A stretch of DNA of 64,000 nucleotides from Gaiella sp. (lineage in GTDB: Bacteria > Actinomycetota > Thermoleophilia > Gaiellales > Gaiellaceae): positions 35,755 through 99,754 of the forward strand of contig JBKJVI010000086.1 in assembly GCA_046590225.1 (NCBI GenBank), given 5' to 3'. Shown here one piece after another: positions 37,087-50,784 of the stretch. The notes under the pieces were generated by a model. It saw nothing but the letters and a program-made list of their open reading frames with translations. It did not search any database and was not told the DNA's origin. A program made the position numbers and the translations under genes. Position 1 is the first letter of the stretch. Every line of letters begins with the position of its first letter.

Positions 37087-39261
37087 TTACCCCTTGCGAA
37101 GCGACCGCACCGCGAAGAAGCCGCGGAGCCGCTTGCCAGGGCCGAGCCGTTCGCGCAGGACGGCGAGCACCTTTCGAAGCTCGGCCCGGGTCTGGTCTGC
37201 AGCAGCAGCGGCAACGGTCGGCGGCCCGTATCGCGCACGCGAGAACGCGCTGGCAAACGCGTCGCTCCCGACACCGAGCGCCCGGAGCTCTACGACGAGC
37301 TGCGAGACCGGAGCCGAGACCGTCACGGGCGCCCCCTGATCACACATGAATGCAGCGAGCTCAGCGCGTGCCGCTGAAGCCCGCCCGCGGGGATCGCGCA
37401 CGGCCGAACGCGTGAATCGGCGCACACCCTTCGCGCCGGCGAGCACGACGAGCGCCGCGACGATGAGGGCGAACGGTGCAATCCCGATCCAGTTGACACC
37501 GTTCTCGACCGGCTCCTGCAGCCGGGTCGGCGTGCCTCGACGCGTCGGCGTGCGGCCGATCGCCGAGGAGCCGAGGAATCGGCCAGTCCCGAGCGCCCGA
37601 ATCGCGTCGGCGGAGTCCGAGGCATTCGTGTACGTGGCGGACAACGTGCCGCGTCCCGGCGTGGGGTCGAACGGGAGCCAGCCATATCCCGCAAACCACA
37701 CCTCGACCCACGCGTGGGCGTCGTGATCGGTGACCGTCCATCCATTATCCTTCCACGTACCGCTCGAGAACCCGACGGCCACGCGCGCCGGAATGCCGAG
37801 GTAGCGAAGCATCAGTGCCATCGTCCCTGCGAAGTGCTGGCAGTAGCCGCTCTTCGTTCGCTGCTCGAAGTCGGCTAGCGGCGGCAGGTTCTTCGGCAGA
37901 GGCGGGCGCTCGTCATACACGAAGCCACCGCCGGTGCGAAGCCAGCGTTCGATCGCGATTGTGGCCTGAAACGGCGAGCCGGACTTCGCGGTCAGTCGCT
38001 GTGCGTCGCGCCACATCGCACGATACGGCAGGAGGGGCTGGAATCGTGTGTCGCTAAAGATCGACTCGACCGCTGCCACACGGCCCGGCGACCCAAACGG
38101 TGGCACTTCGGGCCGCCCGACATCGAGGTACCGCGACAGCGAGCGAGGATATGACGGCGGCGACTCCACGAGCTCGGCAGGGGTCGGCCTCGGCGCGTAG
38201 CTCCAGACGGTGTAGCGACGGAGGGCCACCGACCCGCCTGCCTTGACCATGACGCCTCCGCTGAGGACGCGCGGCAGCGAGATCGAGCCCGTGTCGATGG
38301 CGACCGGCTGCGCCGCAGCGACGACGTGATCGTCGAGCAAGGCGCGCACCTCGATCTCCTGCTTTACCCAGTTGCGTGCCCGCCCCGCGGCAGGGGGCAG
38401 AAGCACATCCGAGGGGAGCTTTCGTCCGTCCGACGTCTGCGTGGTCGAGTACAGCGCCTCGACCCACCGATCACCTGCGAAAGAGTCGAGTGTCGTCGCG
38501 CGCCAGTACAACCCACGACGTGGCGCCGTGATCCGGAGCACAGTCGTCTTCCCGGCAGGAAAGTCGATCCCCGCGTAGTTCGAGCTCCACACGAGCGCAA
38601 CCGTCCGACCCGCGTGCGACTCCCCGAACAAATCCCAGCTCCGCCAATCGAGCGCGGCGACCGACGGTCGGGCTCCGATCCCGGCAAGCACGACGGCAGC
38701 GATAGTGACGGCCGCCACGACGGCAACGCCGGGACCGAACCCTGCTCGACCCGGCATCGCGGCGACCGCCAGGGGCCAGAGGACGGCGGGGAGCGCGAGT
38801 GCGCCCATCGCGATCGTGTTGCGGGAGGGGTTGATGGTCGCCGGGATAGCCACCCCGGCTGCAACGACGATCACGGCGACGAACGGCCTGTCGCACGCGA
38901 GCACTGCGGCTCCGAGAGCGAATGCCGCCGCGAGGAGCACGACAAGCGCAGCGAGCTCCGTGTGCGTCGCAGCCACGAATGGCGGGGCGATGGCGTAGGC
39001 ATCGGCTGCTCCTCGATCGACGATCTCACCGACGCTCGCCGACGACGTTCGCACGAGCACTACCGCCAGAGCGAGCCAGACGAAAACTGCGATACCAAGG
39101 CGGGTACGGCTGCGCGTCGGGAGAGACGGAAGCACCGCCGCTACCGCGACGGGGACGAGGACGCCGGGACGCGCGCCGACTTCGAGCGTCGCCCACGCGT
39201 ACAGCACGCCTGCCACCGGGATCGAGGCAGCGACACCCCGCCGCATGCGTGCGCTACGCAC
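37087..39261 (-). CDS. membrane transglutaminase-like protein (TgpA type)
   Basis: N-terminal TM helices; LYWRATTLDSF; triad GYCQHFA / AHAWVEV / FDPTP. Confidence 0.88.
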   Translation of the reverse strand: MRSARMRRGVAASIPVAGVLYAWATLEVGARPGVLVPVAVAAVLPSLPTRSRTRLGIAVFVWLALAVVLVRTSSASVGEIVDRGAADAYAIAPPFVAATHTELAALVVLLAAAFALGAAVLACDRPFVAVIVVAAGVAIPATINPSRNTIAMGALALPAVLWPLAVAAMPGRAGFGPGVAVVAAVTIAAVVLAGIGARPSVAALDWRSWDLFGESHAGRTVALVWSSNYAGIDFPAGKTTVLRITAPRRGLYWRATTLDSFAGDRWVEALYSTTQTSDGRKLPSDVLLPPAAGRARNWVKQEIEVRALLDDHVVAAAQPVAIDTGSISLPRVLSGGVMVKAGGSVALRRYTVWSYAPRPTPAELVESPPSYPRSLSRYLDVGRPEVPPFGSPGRVAAVESIFSDTRFQPLLPYRAMWRDAQRLTAKSGSPFQATIAIERWLRTGGGFVYDERPPLPKNLPPLADFEQRTKSGYCQHFAGTMALMLRYLGIPARVAVGFSSGTWKDNGWTVTDHDAHAWVEVWFAGYGWLPFDPTPGRGTLSATYTNASDSADAIRALGTGRFLGSSAIGRTPTRRGTPTRLQEPVENGVNWIGIAPFALIVAALVVLAGAKGVRRFTRSAVRDPRGRASAARAELAAFMCDQGAPVTVSAPVSQLVVELRALGVGSDAFASAFSRARYGPPTVAAAAADQTRAELRKVLAVLRERLGPGKRLRGFFAVRSLRKG

Positions 39262-40447
39262 TGAGCGACCTCGTCAGCCCACCCGACAGGGCATCCACGA
39301 TCGACGTGTCGGCAGAGATGACCGCGACGGGGATCCCCTGAGCGACGGCTCGTAGCAGTGCGGGTTGGGCTCGATCGCGAGACCGGCCAACGAACGTTTC
39401 GGCCGCGACTGCGACGAGCGCCGCGGAGCGGCCGCGGCTTCTCAGCTCGATCAACGGCTCGACGGCCAGCTCAGGCCGCCCGGTCACCACGATGATCTCG
39501 CGGGCGTGCGCCAGTGGCCCTGCCGCCGCACGTAGGGTGCCGACGACACGGGCTCCAGCCACCGGCATTACGGCGGCGAGGGCGTCGAGTGCGACGTCCC
39601 AGTCGTGCCCTCCAGAGGTCACACGAACGGGGTCGAACGACGGCGACGAGCCGACGACCACGACTCGCCGTCCCCACAATGCATGCGCGAGGGCGAGTGC
39701 ACCGGCTGCTCGAACGGCCGCATCGAAGCTCGATTCGCCCGCCGGCCCCGCTGTCCCGTCGGCGTCCTGATCGAGCACGATCACGAGCTCGTCGCGCGGG
39801 GCGTCGTCGAGCTCCTTCACGATCAGCCTGCCGCGCCTCGCCGTGCTCGGCCAGTGGACGGCTCGAAGTGGCTCCCCCGGCGTGTAGTCACGGATCGCAT
39901 GGATCTCGAAGCCGGACGAGCTGCGGAACGCCGAACGGGCAGCGCCGGACTCTCGTGCGCCCTGGCTGGAAAAAACCGAACGGAGAGCAGGGACGCGCGG
40001 GCGGATGAGAACGATAAGGCCGTCGTCGAGGCGCTCCTCGACACGTTCCAGACCGAGCGGATCCGTCAGCGTGACCTCCAGCGGCCCGAGCGCGTGTCGG
40101 CCACGCGCGAGCCCGGAGAACGCGAACTCGGCCTGCGCTCCGTGCATTCGCAGGTCACGCTGCGTCGGGCCGAGTCGCTGTCGGAGCACGACGGATCCGC
40201 CGATGAGCTGACGGCGGTGCCGCACCCGAACGACGATTCGGACGTCTCCACCCTCGACACGCTCGCCTGGCAGCAGGCGTCGCTCCACGTCGGTCGATCC
40301 CCGGGCACGCCGGGCCCAGACCCGAGCAAACAGACCGGCCAGCAGAAGCCCCACACCGACGACCATGGCTGGAGTCGAGCCAAAAGCCCACGAGGCCGCA
40401 AGGGCAATCACCCCGAGCGTGACGGCTCCGGAGCTTCGGCGCTTCAC
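39254..40447 (-). CDS. DUF58 family protein
   Basis: DPLGL, IRDYTPGEPLRAVHWPSTARRGRLIVKE. Confidence 0.88.
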   Translation of the reverse strand: MKRRSSGAVTLGVIALAASWAFGSTPAMVVGVGLLLAGLFARVWARRARGSTDVERRLLPGERVEGGDVRIVVRVRHRRQLIGGSVVLRQRLGPTQRDLRMHGAQAEFAFSGLARGRHALGPLEVTLTDPLGLERVEERLDDGLIVLIRPRVPALRSVFSSQGARESGAARSAFRSSSGFEIHAIRDYTPGEPLRAVHWPSTARRGRLIVKELDDAPRDELVIVLDQDADGTAGPAGESSFDAAVRAAGALALAHALWGRRVVVVGSSPSFDPVRVTSGGHDWDVALDALAAVMPVAGARVVGTLRAAAGPLAHAREIIVVTGRPELAVEPLIELRSRGRSAALVAVAAETFVGRSRDRAQPALLRAVAQGIPVAVISADTSIVDALSGGLTRSLSA

Positions 40448-41412
40448 ACCGGTGGCGGCGCGCCCTCAAGTGCTTCGCGCACGGCGTCGGACGCATCGAG
40501 ACCAGCCGAGCGCGCCTCCGGGGCGAGCAGCAGGCGGTGACTCAGCACTGGCTCTGCCATCGCACGAATGTCATCAGGCGTGACGTACTCCCGCCGACTG
40601 ACGAGCGCATGAGCCTTCGCGAGTCGGAGCAGCGCGATCCCCGATCGCGGACTTGCTCCGAGGGCGAGATGAGGGTTGTCGCGCGTGTGCTGGAGAAGCG
40701 AGACCACGTAGCGCGTCACGCTCTCCTCGACGAAGACATCTCGTGCCGCGAGGATCGCAGCTTCGATCTCTGCGCGACCCGCAACGGCGGTGACGCGACC
40801 GAGCGGCTCCTCCGCGGTCTGCTCCGAGAGCATGCGCGCTTCCTCGGCCGTCGGCGGGTAGCCAATCGCCATTCGCACTGCGAAGCGATCGAGTTGGGCC
40901 TCCGGGAGTGGGTACGTCCCCTCGTACTCGACCGGGTTCTGCGTGGCAATCGTCAGGAATGGGCGCTCGAGCGGATAGGTCTCGCCGTCGACGGTCACCT
41001 GCGCCTCCTGCATTCCCTCGAGCAGCGCCGACTGAGTCTTCGGAGAGGCCCGGTTGATCTCGTCGACGAGCAGAACGTTCGCGAAGATCGGCCCTGGTCG
41101 GAACCGGAACCGCAGCGCCTGTTGGTCGTAGACGTTCACCCCCGTGACATCAGAAGGCAGCAGGTCAGGCGTGAACTGAAGCCGCGAGAATCGGAGGTCG
41201 AGCGTGCGCGCGAGTGTCTTTGCGAGAACTGTCTTGCCGACGCCCGGCACGTCTTCGACGAGCACGTGGCCCTCGGCGAGGAGGCACAGCAGCGGCAGCC
41301 TCAGCGTCTCTGCGGGCGCATGGACGACCGTCGCGAGGCTCGCAACGACGCGCTCTGCCACGTCCGCCGCGGCCTGTGCCCTGGAGGGCTCGAGCACGGC
41401 GGCCTCACTCAC
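40444..41412 (-). CDS. MoxR-family AAA+ ATPase
   Basis: EDVPGVGKT, QFTPDLLPSD, DEINRASPKTQSALLE, TQNPVEYEGTYPLPEAQLDRF. Confidence 0.93.
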   Translation of the reverse strand: MSEAAVLEPSRAQAAADVAERVVASLATVVHAPAETLRLPLLCLLAEGHVLVEDVPGVGKTVLAKTLARTLDLRFSRLQFTPDLLPSDVTGVNVYDQQALRFRFRPGPIFANVLLVDEINRASPKTQSALLEGMQEAQVTVDGETYPLERPFLTIATQNPVEYEGTYPLPEAQLDRFAVRMAIGYPPTAEEARMLSEQTAEEPLGRVTAVAGRAEIEAAILAARDVFVEESVTRYVVSLLQHTRDNPHLALGASPRSGIALLRLAKAHALVSRREYVTPDDIRAMAEPVLSHRLLLAPEARSAGLDASDAVREALEGAPPPV

Positions 41413-42587
41413 CGGCGTTGCTCCAGAAGCCGCTCCACCTCGTCGAGCACAGCGGCAGCGATCGCCGGCTTCGGAGCAAGTGGCACATGGGCCTCGCCGT
41501 CGGCGGTCACGAGCGTGACTTCGTTGTCGACCGAGTCGAATCCGATGTCGTCTCTCCCAACGTCGTTGTACACGACGAGATCGACGTTCTTCTCCGTCAA
41601 CATCCGGCGCTTGCGCTCGAGCCCTGCGGCACCGTGCTCGGCTCCGAAGGCAACGAGAATCTGTGTGGCCGTGCGCCGCTCGCCGAGCACCCGAGCGACG
41701 TCGGTCGTCGGAGTGAGCTCGACCTGCCACACTTCACCGTCTTTCGCCCGCTTCCCGTCGACCGGCGTTACTGCGCGGTAGTCACCGACCGCGGCAGCCA
41801 TGAGGATGACATCGGCTCCTGCTCGACGGAGCGCCTCGCGCTCGAGGTCGGCAGCGGTCGGTGTAGAAACGACCTCGACGCCCGGCGGAAACGACGCCGA
41901 CACGTTTGCGGCGAGCAGCGTGACGCGAGCCCCGCGCTTGTGCGCCTCATCGGCAAGCGCGACCCCCATCCGGCCTGATGAGCGATTGCCGATGAAACGG
42001 ATCGAGTCGATCGGCTCGCGGGTACCTCCTGCCGTGACGACGACGTCGAGTCCCTCGAGCGTGCGTGATCGGCCGAGGAGAGCGTCGATCCGCCCAACGA
42101 TCTCGCCGGGTTCCGCCATGCGCCCGACGCCGACCTCGCCCTCCGCGAGCTCGCCACTGGCAGGCCCGACGATCTCCACGCCACGCTCGTGGAGCAGCGC
42201 GAGGTTGATCCGTGTGGCGGGGTGCTGCCACATCCGAATATTCATTGCGGGCGCGATCAGCAACGGCCCGTCGTGTGCGAGCACCGTCTCGGTAAGAAGG
42301 TCATCGGCAAGTCCATGGGCGATCCGGGCCATCGTGTGTGCGGTGAGTGGAGCTACGACGACGAGGTCGGCGCGCTGCAGATGCGGGTAGAGGCCCGCCG
42401 CGTCCAGCGCCGGGACCGGGTTGCGCGCGAGCGCGGCGAACGTCTCGGCTCGGACGAATCGCTCCGCCCCTCGCGTCGGCATCGGGAGCACGTCGTGGCC
42501 AGCACGCACGAGCAGGCGAATGACCTCGCATGCCTTGTAGGCCGCAATTCCGCCGGTAATCCCAAGAATGATGCGCGCCACGAACAT
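41409..42587 (-). CDS. coaBC: phosphopantothenoylcysteine decarboxylase/synthase
   Basis: GGIAAYK, PAMN, GRMAEP, TAGGTREPID, NRSSGRMG, AAVGDY. Confidence 0.95.
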   Translation of the reverse strand: MFVARIILGITGGIAAYKACEVIRLLVRAGHDVLPMPTRGAERFVRAETFAALARNPVPALDAAGLYPHLQRADLVVVAPLTAHTMARIAHGLADDLLTETVLAHDGPLLIAPAMNIRMWQHPATRINLALLHERGVEIVGPASGELAEGEVGVGRMAEPGEIVGRIDALLGRSRTLEGLDVVVTAGGTREPIDSIRFIGNRSSGRMGVALADEAHKRGARVTLLAANVSASFPPGVEVVSTPTAADLEREALRRAGADVILMAAAVGDYRAVTPVDGKRAKDGEVWQVELTPTTDVARVLGERRTATQILVAFGAEHGAAGLERKRRMLTEKNVDLVVYNDVGRDDIGFDSVDNEVTLVTADGEAHVPLAPKPAIAAAVLDEVERLLEQRR

Positions 42588-42638
42588 AGTGTGCCCGTTA
42601 CGACGGGCCGAGTGTTGAGCGCGAAGGCGAAGAGAGAA

Positions 42639-42872
42639 CTAGGCGGGCGAGGTGTAGCGAATCTTCGCCTGGGCGATCTCTTCCATCGCCATCGTGAGGT
42701 AGTTCTTCGAGCGCGACTCGATCAACGGCGGCGGCGCGCTGTCGAAGCCCATCCCCTCACCGAGCTGATGGTGATAGCTGTTGATCTGGCGGGCGCGCTT
42801 CGCAGCAACGATGACGAGCGCGTAGCGCGAGTCAACGTGCTCCAGAAGATCATCGATGCGAGGTTCGATCAC
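42639..42872 (-). CDS. rpoZ: RNA polymerase omega subunit
   Basis: IDDLL..SRYALVIVAAKRARQI, AMEEI; between gmk and coaBC. Confidence 0.93.
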   Translation of the reverse strand: MIEPRIDDLLEHVDSRYALVIVAAKRARQINSYHHQLGEGMGFDSAPPPLIESRSKNYLTMAMEEIAQAKIRYTSPA

Positions 42873-43453
42873 GAGGGTGCCATGGTAGCTGCGAACTCGA
42901 GCTCCTGCTCGACGATGGCGCACAGCGACCCCGTGGCCCGCTCGACATCGTCGTTCCGAACCATGTAGCGGAAGTTGTGCGCCTGCTCCAGCTGGTGGCG
43001 TGCAAGCTCGATCCGGGCCCCGATCTCACCGGTCGACTCCGTTGCCCGCTCCCGGAGCCGCCGCTCGAGCTCCTCGACGGGCGCAGCAATGAACAGCGTG
43101 ACGCTTCCCGGAACGCTGTCCTGCACGCGGAGTGCGCCGTCGAGCTCGAGCTCGAGAACGCAGACGCGACCGTCGTCGGCCACGCGCTGCATCTCGCTCT
43201 GCAAGGTTCCGTAGCGTTTTCCCGACACGTACTCGACATGCTCAAGGAATGCGCCCTCTGCGATCCGCGCCACGAACGGTTCCTCGTCGAGAAAGTGATA
43301 CTCGATGCCGTCGGTCTCGCCGGGCCGCTGCGGGCGAGTCGTCGCCGAGATCGCTACCTCGAGCGCGGGTATGCGCTCGACGAGAGCCTTGATCAGCGTT
43401 CCCTTGCCGGCTCCCGATGGGCCGGTGATCACGAAGACGGGAGCGTGGCGCAC
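42869..43453 (-). CDS. gmk: guanylate kinase
   Basis: GPSGAGKGT, SATTRPQRPGE..YHF, YGT. Confidence 0.94.
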   Translation of the reverse strand: MRHAPVFVITGPSGAGKGTLIKALVERIPALEVAISATTRPQRPGETDGIEYHFLDEEPFVARIAEGAFLEHVEYVSGKRYGTLQSEMQRVADDGRVCVLELELDGALRVQDSVPGSVTLFIAAPVEELERRLRERATESTGEIGARIELARHQLEQAHNFRYMVRNDDVERATGSLCAIVEQELEFAATMAPS

Positions 43454-43470
43454 GCGGCGGGCCGCTTGCG

Positions 43471-43800
43471 CTATCGGTTGAACAGCGACACGAGCTCGGC
43501 GCGCTGCCGCTCGGAGAGCCCGCCGACCGTCTTCGACTGGCTGATCCTGCACTGGTTCAGAAGTCGCGCGGCCTTCACGCGGCCGAACTTCGGCACGGCC
43601 ATCAACATGTCGAAGACCTTTGCGGTCGAGACATACTCGGGAGGATCGAGAAGGATGCCTTCGATCTGAACGGTACCGTCCTTGAGATCCTTCTTCAGCT
43701 GCGCGCGGCGGACACGAATGTCGTTTGCCCGCTTGAGTGCTTCCATCCTCTGGTCGAGCGACCGAGCGGGTGCCTGCACTTGAATCTTCGACGCAACCAT
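43471..43800 (-). CDS. mihF: actinobacterial integration host factor
   Basis: RRAQLKKDLK, PKFGRVKA, ISQSKTVGGLSERQR; upstream of gmk. Confidence 0.88.
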   Translation of the reverse strand: MVASKIQVQAPARSLDQRMEALKRANDIRVRRAQLKKDLKDGTVQIEGILLDPPEYVSTAKVFDMLMAVPKFGRVKAARLLNQCRISQSKTVGGLSERQRAELVSLFNR

Positions 43801-43809
43801 GAGCGGACG

Positions 43810-43837
43810 AGTCTAGCAACCCAGCAGGCAGGGTCAA
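43810..43837 (-). promoter_or_regulatory. sigma70-type promoter of mihF (TTGACC-N16-TAGACT, TG extension)
   Basis: Minus strand ttgacc ctgcctgctgggttgc tagact, 9 nt before ATG. Confidence 0.55.
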
Positions 43838-43876
43838 GTGGAACCGTTTTCGCCTATTTGCAGGCAAATCGTCCGA

Positions 43877-44722
43877 TCAACCGTTGGCAACCCCACGAAC
43901 TTCGAGTGGATCGCCAACCCCGCGTGCCGTGGCTTCACACTTCAGCTCGTCTCGGATCCGACCGGGTGCTGCCGGATCGGTAAACAGAATCGTGCCCAGG
44001 GAGACAACGCTTGCGCCCGCCGCGATGAGCTCGAGCGCATCCTGGCCGGACTGCACGCCTCCGAGTCCGACGATGGGAACATCGACGGCACGGGCACAGG
44101 CCGAGACGCAGGCGAGGGCCACGGGCTTGAGCGCCGGGCCGGAGTATCCCCCGAAGCCCCGCGCCAGCCTGGGCTTCAGCGTGGCCGGGTCGAGCGCCAT
44201 GCCACGGAGCGTGTTCACGAGCGTGAGACCATCTGCTCCGGCAGCGACGACGGCGCGGGCAGACTCGGCGATGTCGGAGTTGGCGGGCGACAGCTTGGCG
44301 TAGAGCCGCGTCTTCGTCCGTTCCCGACACGCCGCGACGATCTCGGCGGCAGACTCGGGTGCCTCATCGACGTTCGGACACGAGAGATTGAGCTCCACGA
44401 CGTCGACGTCATCCCTTTCCTCGAGACGCTCGCAGATACCTGCGTAGTCCGACGACGAAAATCCTCCGACCGAGACCCAGACTCGAAGGTGTTGCGCGGC
44501 GAGCCGCGGCAGGGTTTCCGTGAGGAACGCGTCGATTCCCGGCCCCTGCAATCCGATCGAGTTCAACATGCCGGACTCGGTCTCCACGATCCTGACCGGC
44601 GGATTCCCTTCGCGCGGCTCCGGGGTGATGGTCTTCGTGACGAAGGCATCCAGCTGCGCGGCAACGCCTGGAGCGGTCAGTGCGTCGAGGCAGCCGCTTC
44701 CGTTGAGGAGTGGGACACTCAT
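43877..44722 (-). CDS. pyrD: dihydroorotate dehydrogenase family 1B catalytic subunit
   Basis: TKT, GNPPVRI, MLNSIGL, ELNLSCPN, KLSP, NTL, GGYSGPALKP. Confidence 0.92.
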   Translation of the reverse strand: MSVPLLNGSGCLDALTAPGVAAQLDAFVTKTITPEPREGNPPVRIVETESGMLNSIGLQGPGIDAFLTETLPRLAAQHLRVWVSVGGFSSSDYAGICERLEERDDVDVVELNLSCPNVDEAPESAAEIVAACRERTKTRLYAKLSPANSDIAESARAVVAAGADGLTLVNTLRGMALDPATLKPRLARGFGGYSGPALKPVALACVSACARAVDVPIVGLGGVQSGQDALELIAAGASVVSLGTILFTDPAAPGRIRDELKCEATARGVGDPLEVRGVANG

Positions 44723-45404
44723 GCCGCGCGCAGCACCGGTCCGGCGACGCAGAGGCGCTGAAGCCTTCCGTCGACCTCGACGACGCACCCGTAGCAGGCT
44801 CCATAGCCACATGCCATCGGTGCCTCCCACGCGAGCTGCGCCCGCGGCACGCGCGCGCGCACCGCCTCGAGCATCGGCTCTGGGCCGCACGCGAGCACAT
44901 CCATCGGCTCGGCCGGGAGGATGGACGTCACGAGGACGGGGTCGAGCGCGACCTCGGCGCCGGGGAGCAACGCCGCAGCCTCGGCGTGATGGGCGGAGCG
45001 GAAGCCGAGAATCGCCGGTACCGCACCGAGTACCTGCGCCACGTAGGGAAAGGGCGCGATCCCGATGCCGCCGCCGACTATCAGCGGGTGTGGGACATTC
45101 AGGTCGAAGCCGTTCCCGAGCGGGCCGAGCACGTGCAGCCGCTCACCGGCCTTCAAGGCGCAGAGGGTTCGAGTCCCCGGGCCGACCGCGTCGATCAGAA
45201 AGCAGAGTTCGCCGCCGTCCACTCGGCAGAGCGACATCGGGCGCGGCAGGACGTGACCCGGCGGGTGAAGCATGAAGAATTGTCCGGGAGTCCCCGGCTC
45301 GATCCCCCCGGCGACAACCCGGAGCAGCGTGTACGGCCCGATCGGCTCGGTGCCGGTGACCTCGACCACCTCACCGGTCGCGCCGGCAACCGGACGGGAT
45401 CCGG

Positions 45405-45408
<4 letters not shown>
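44719..45408 (-). CDS. pyrK: dihydroorotate dehydrogenase electron-transfer subunit
   Basis: [42 protein letters not shown]. Confidence 0.88.
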
Positions 45409-48460
<3,052 letters not shown>

Positions 48461-48461
<1 letters not shown>

Positions 48462-49504
48462 CAGGCTGGTTGCAGGCCCTCGACCCAGCGCTCGAGAATC
48501 GGCCAAGCGTCGTGCGTCCCGGGGCCAGCCTCGGGATGGAACTGGACGGAGCGGGCGTTGAGCTCTGGATAGTCGAACCCCTCGACCGTGCCGTCGTAAA
48601 GAGAGACGTAGGTCGCCTCGCGCTCGTCGGTTGCAGCGACCGCAAACCCGTGGTTCTGGCTCGTGACGAGCACTCGACCGGTCGCACGCTCGAGCACCGG
48701 ATGATTGGCGCCGCGGTGGCCGAACGGGAGCTTGTACGTCGAGTGTCCCGTGGCCAGCCCGAGCAACTGGTGGCCGAGACAGATCCCGAGGACGCTCGTC
48801 CGCCCGACGAGGTCGGCAATCGCGGCGACCTCGTCGACGAGGGGCTCCGGATCGCCAGGGCCGTTCGAGAGCAGCACGCCGTCGTAGCCTGCAAGGTCGT
48901 CGGCCGACGCGGCGTGCGGATACACCGTCACGGCGGCGCCTAAACGCTTCAGACGGCGCATGATCGAGGCCTTGGCGCCGTAGTCGACGACCGCGACGCG
49001 GACACGCCCTTCCTCGTTGAAACGTGTGGGCTCGACGGATGAGACGGACGAGACGAGCGCCTGACCCTCCATTGCCGGTTGTTGCCGGATCAGCTCGATC
49101 GCGGCTGCCGCGTCGAGCTCGTTCTCGTCCGCGACGACCGCGGCGCGCATCGCGCCGGCCTCTCGAATGCGTAGCACGAGCATGCGCGTGTCCACCTCCT
49201 CGAGAGCGACGATCCCATGCGACGCGAGCCACGTGGCCCATGCAGTCCCACCGCATCGGCGCATGAGCACACCCTTGACCCACGGCCGAGCTGACTCGAG
49301 CCTGGCGTCGTCAACGCCGTAGTTACCGACCATCGGGGCCGTGAAGGTGACGAGCTGACCCGCAAAGCTCGGGTCGGTAACGGTCTCCTGATAGCCGGTC
49401 ATCGCAGTCGTGAAGACCGCCTCACCGAAGGCCACCCCGGAGGCTGCAACCGATCGCCCGCTGATGACGGTACCGTCCTCGAGCGCGAGATAGCCGACGG
49501 TCAC
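48461..49504 (-). CDS. carA: carbamoyl-phosphate synthase small subunit
   Basis: [39 protein letters not shown]. Confidence 0.96.
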
Positions 49505-50784
49505 GACGCGTGTACCACCCTGCCGTCGGCGATCGTCTTCACGACGGCGCCCTTCAGTGTCTGACCGATCAGCCAAGAGTTCGTCGACTTCGAGCGGAAC
49601 CCATCCTCGGTCACGAGCCACCGTGCGTCGAGGTCGATCAGGACGAGGTTAGCGCGCTCGCCAACGGCGATTCGCGGCACGGGGAGACCAAATACTTGCG
49701 CCGGCCCGGTCGACATGCGCTCGAGCACGAGCCCGAGCCCGAGCTCGCCCGTCTCGACGAGGAACGTGTTGAGGGCCGCGAACGACGTCTCGAGCCCGGT
49801 GACGCCGAAGGGCGCCTCCTCGAACGGCGTCTCCTTTTCGTGGCGGGCGTGCGGTGCGTGATCCGTGGCGATGGAGGTGATCGTTCCATCGCGGAGCCCC
49901 TGAAGGAGCGCCTGTCGATCGTCCTCCGCCCGAAGCGGTGGATTCATCTTGCGGTTGGTGTCGAGTGTGCGCACGGTGTCGTCGGTGAGGCAGAGGTGGT
50001 GCGGCGAGACCTCCGCCGTAACGGCAACCCCACGAGCCTGGGCGGCGCGGACGGCGGCAACGGACTCCCGCGCTGAGAGGTGCATTATATGCAGAGGTCG
50101 TTGCACATATGCGGCAATCGAACAGTCGCGCTCGATCATCACGGACTCCGCGATCGACGGCCAGCCTGCGAGGCCGAGCCCCGCAGAGACAGCTCCTTCG
50201 TTCATCTGCCCGTCCCGCGAGAGGCTCGGATCCTCCTCGTGGAGCGCCAGAAGCAGCCCCGCCGCGCCGCTGTACTGCAGCGCGCGCTGCATGAGTCCCG
50301 CCGAGACGATGGGATGGCCGTCGTCGGTGAACCCCGCTGCCCCGAGGCGAGCGAGATCCATCATCTCCGTGAGTTCCTCGCCGCGTAGCCCTTTGGAAAT
50401 GGAAGCCATGAAGCCGGTCGGGACGGCAGCGTCCTCCCGCGCCTGCTCGATCAGGGCACCCAACACGGCAGCCGAGTCGACCACCGGATCGGTGTTCGGC
50501 ATCGCGAGGATCGCGCAGTAGCCACCGGCGGCCGCAGCCGCTGTACCCGTCGCGATCGTCTCTTCGTCCTCGCGTCCGGGCACCCGGAGGTGCACGTGGG
50601 GATCCACGAACGCCGGTGCCAGCACGAGACCGGGCCCGGGCTCCCCCGCACGCTCGAGGCTCGTGATCACGCCGTCCTCGACGGTGACGTCGAAGGCACC
50701 GTCGAGATCGGCCGCTGCATCGATCACGCGCGCACCGCGAACCGTGAGGCTGTCTCCGGGTCGCTTCGGCCAGAAGAGTGTCAT
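49501..50784 (-). CDS. pyrC: dihydroorotase
   Basis: DPHVHLR, MPNT, PHHL, KMNPPLR, ATDHAPH. Confidence 0.94.
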   Translation of the reverse strand: MTLFWPKRPGDSLTVRGARVIDAAADLDGAFDVTVEDGVITSLERAGEPGPGLVLAPAFVDPHVHLRVPGREDEETIATGTAAAAAGGYCAILAMPNTDPVVDSAAVLGALIEQAREDAAVPTGFMASISKGLRGEELTEMMDLARLGAAGFTDDGHPIVSAGLMQRALQYSGAAGLLLALHEEDPSLSRDGQMNEGAVSAGLGLAGWPSIAESVMIERDCSIAAYVQRPLHIMHLSARESVAAVRAAQARGVAVTAEVSPHHLCLTDDTVRTLDTNRKMNPPLRAEDDRQALLQGLRDGTITSIATDHAPHARHEKETPFEEAPFGVTGLETSFAALNTFLVETGELGLGLVLERMSTGPAQVFGLPVPRIAVGERANLVLIDLDARWLVTEDGFRSKSTNSWLIGQTLKGAVVKTIADGRVVHAS

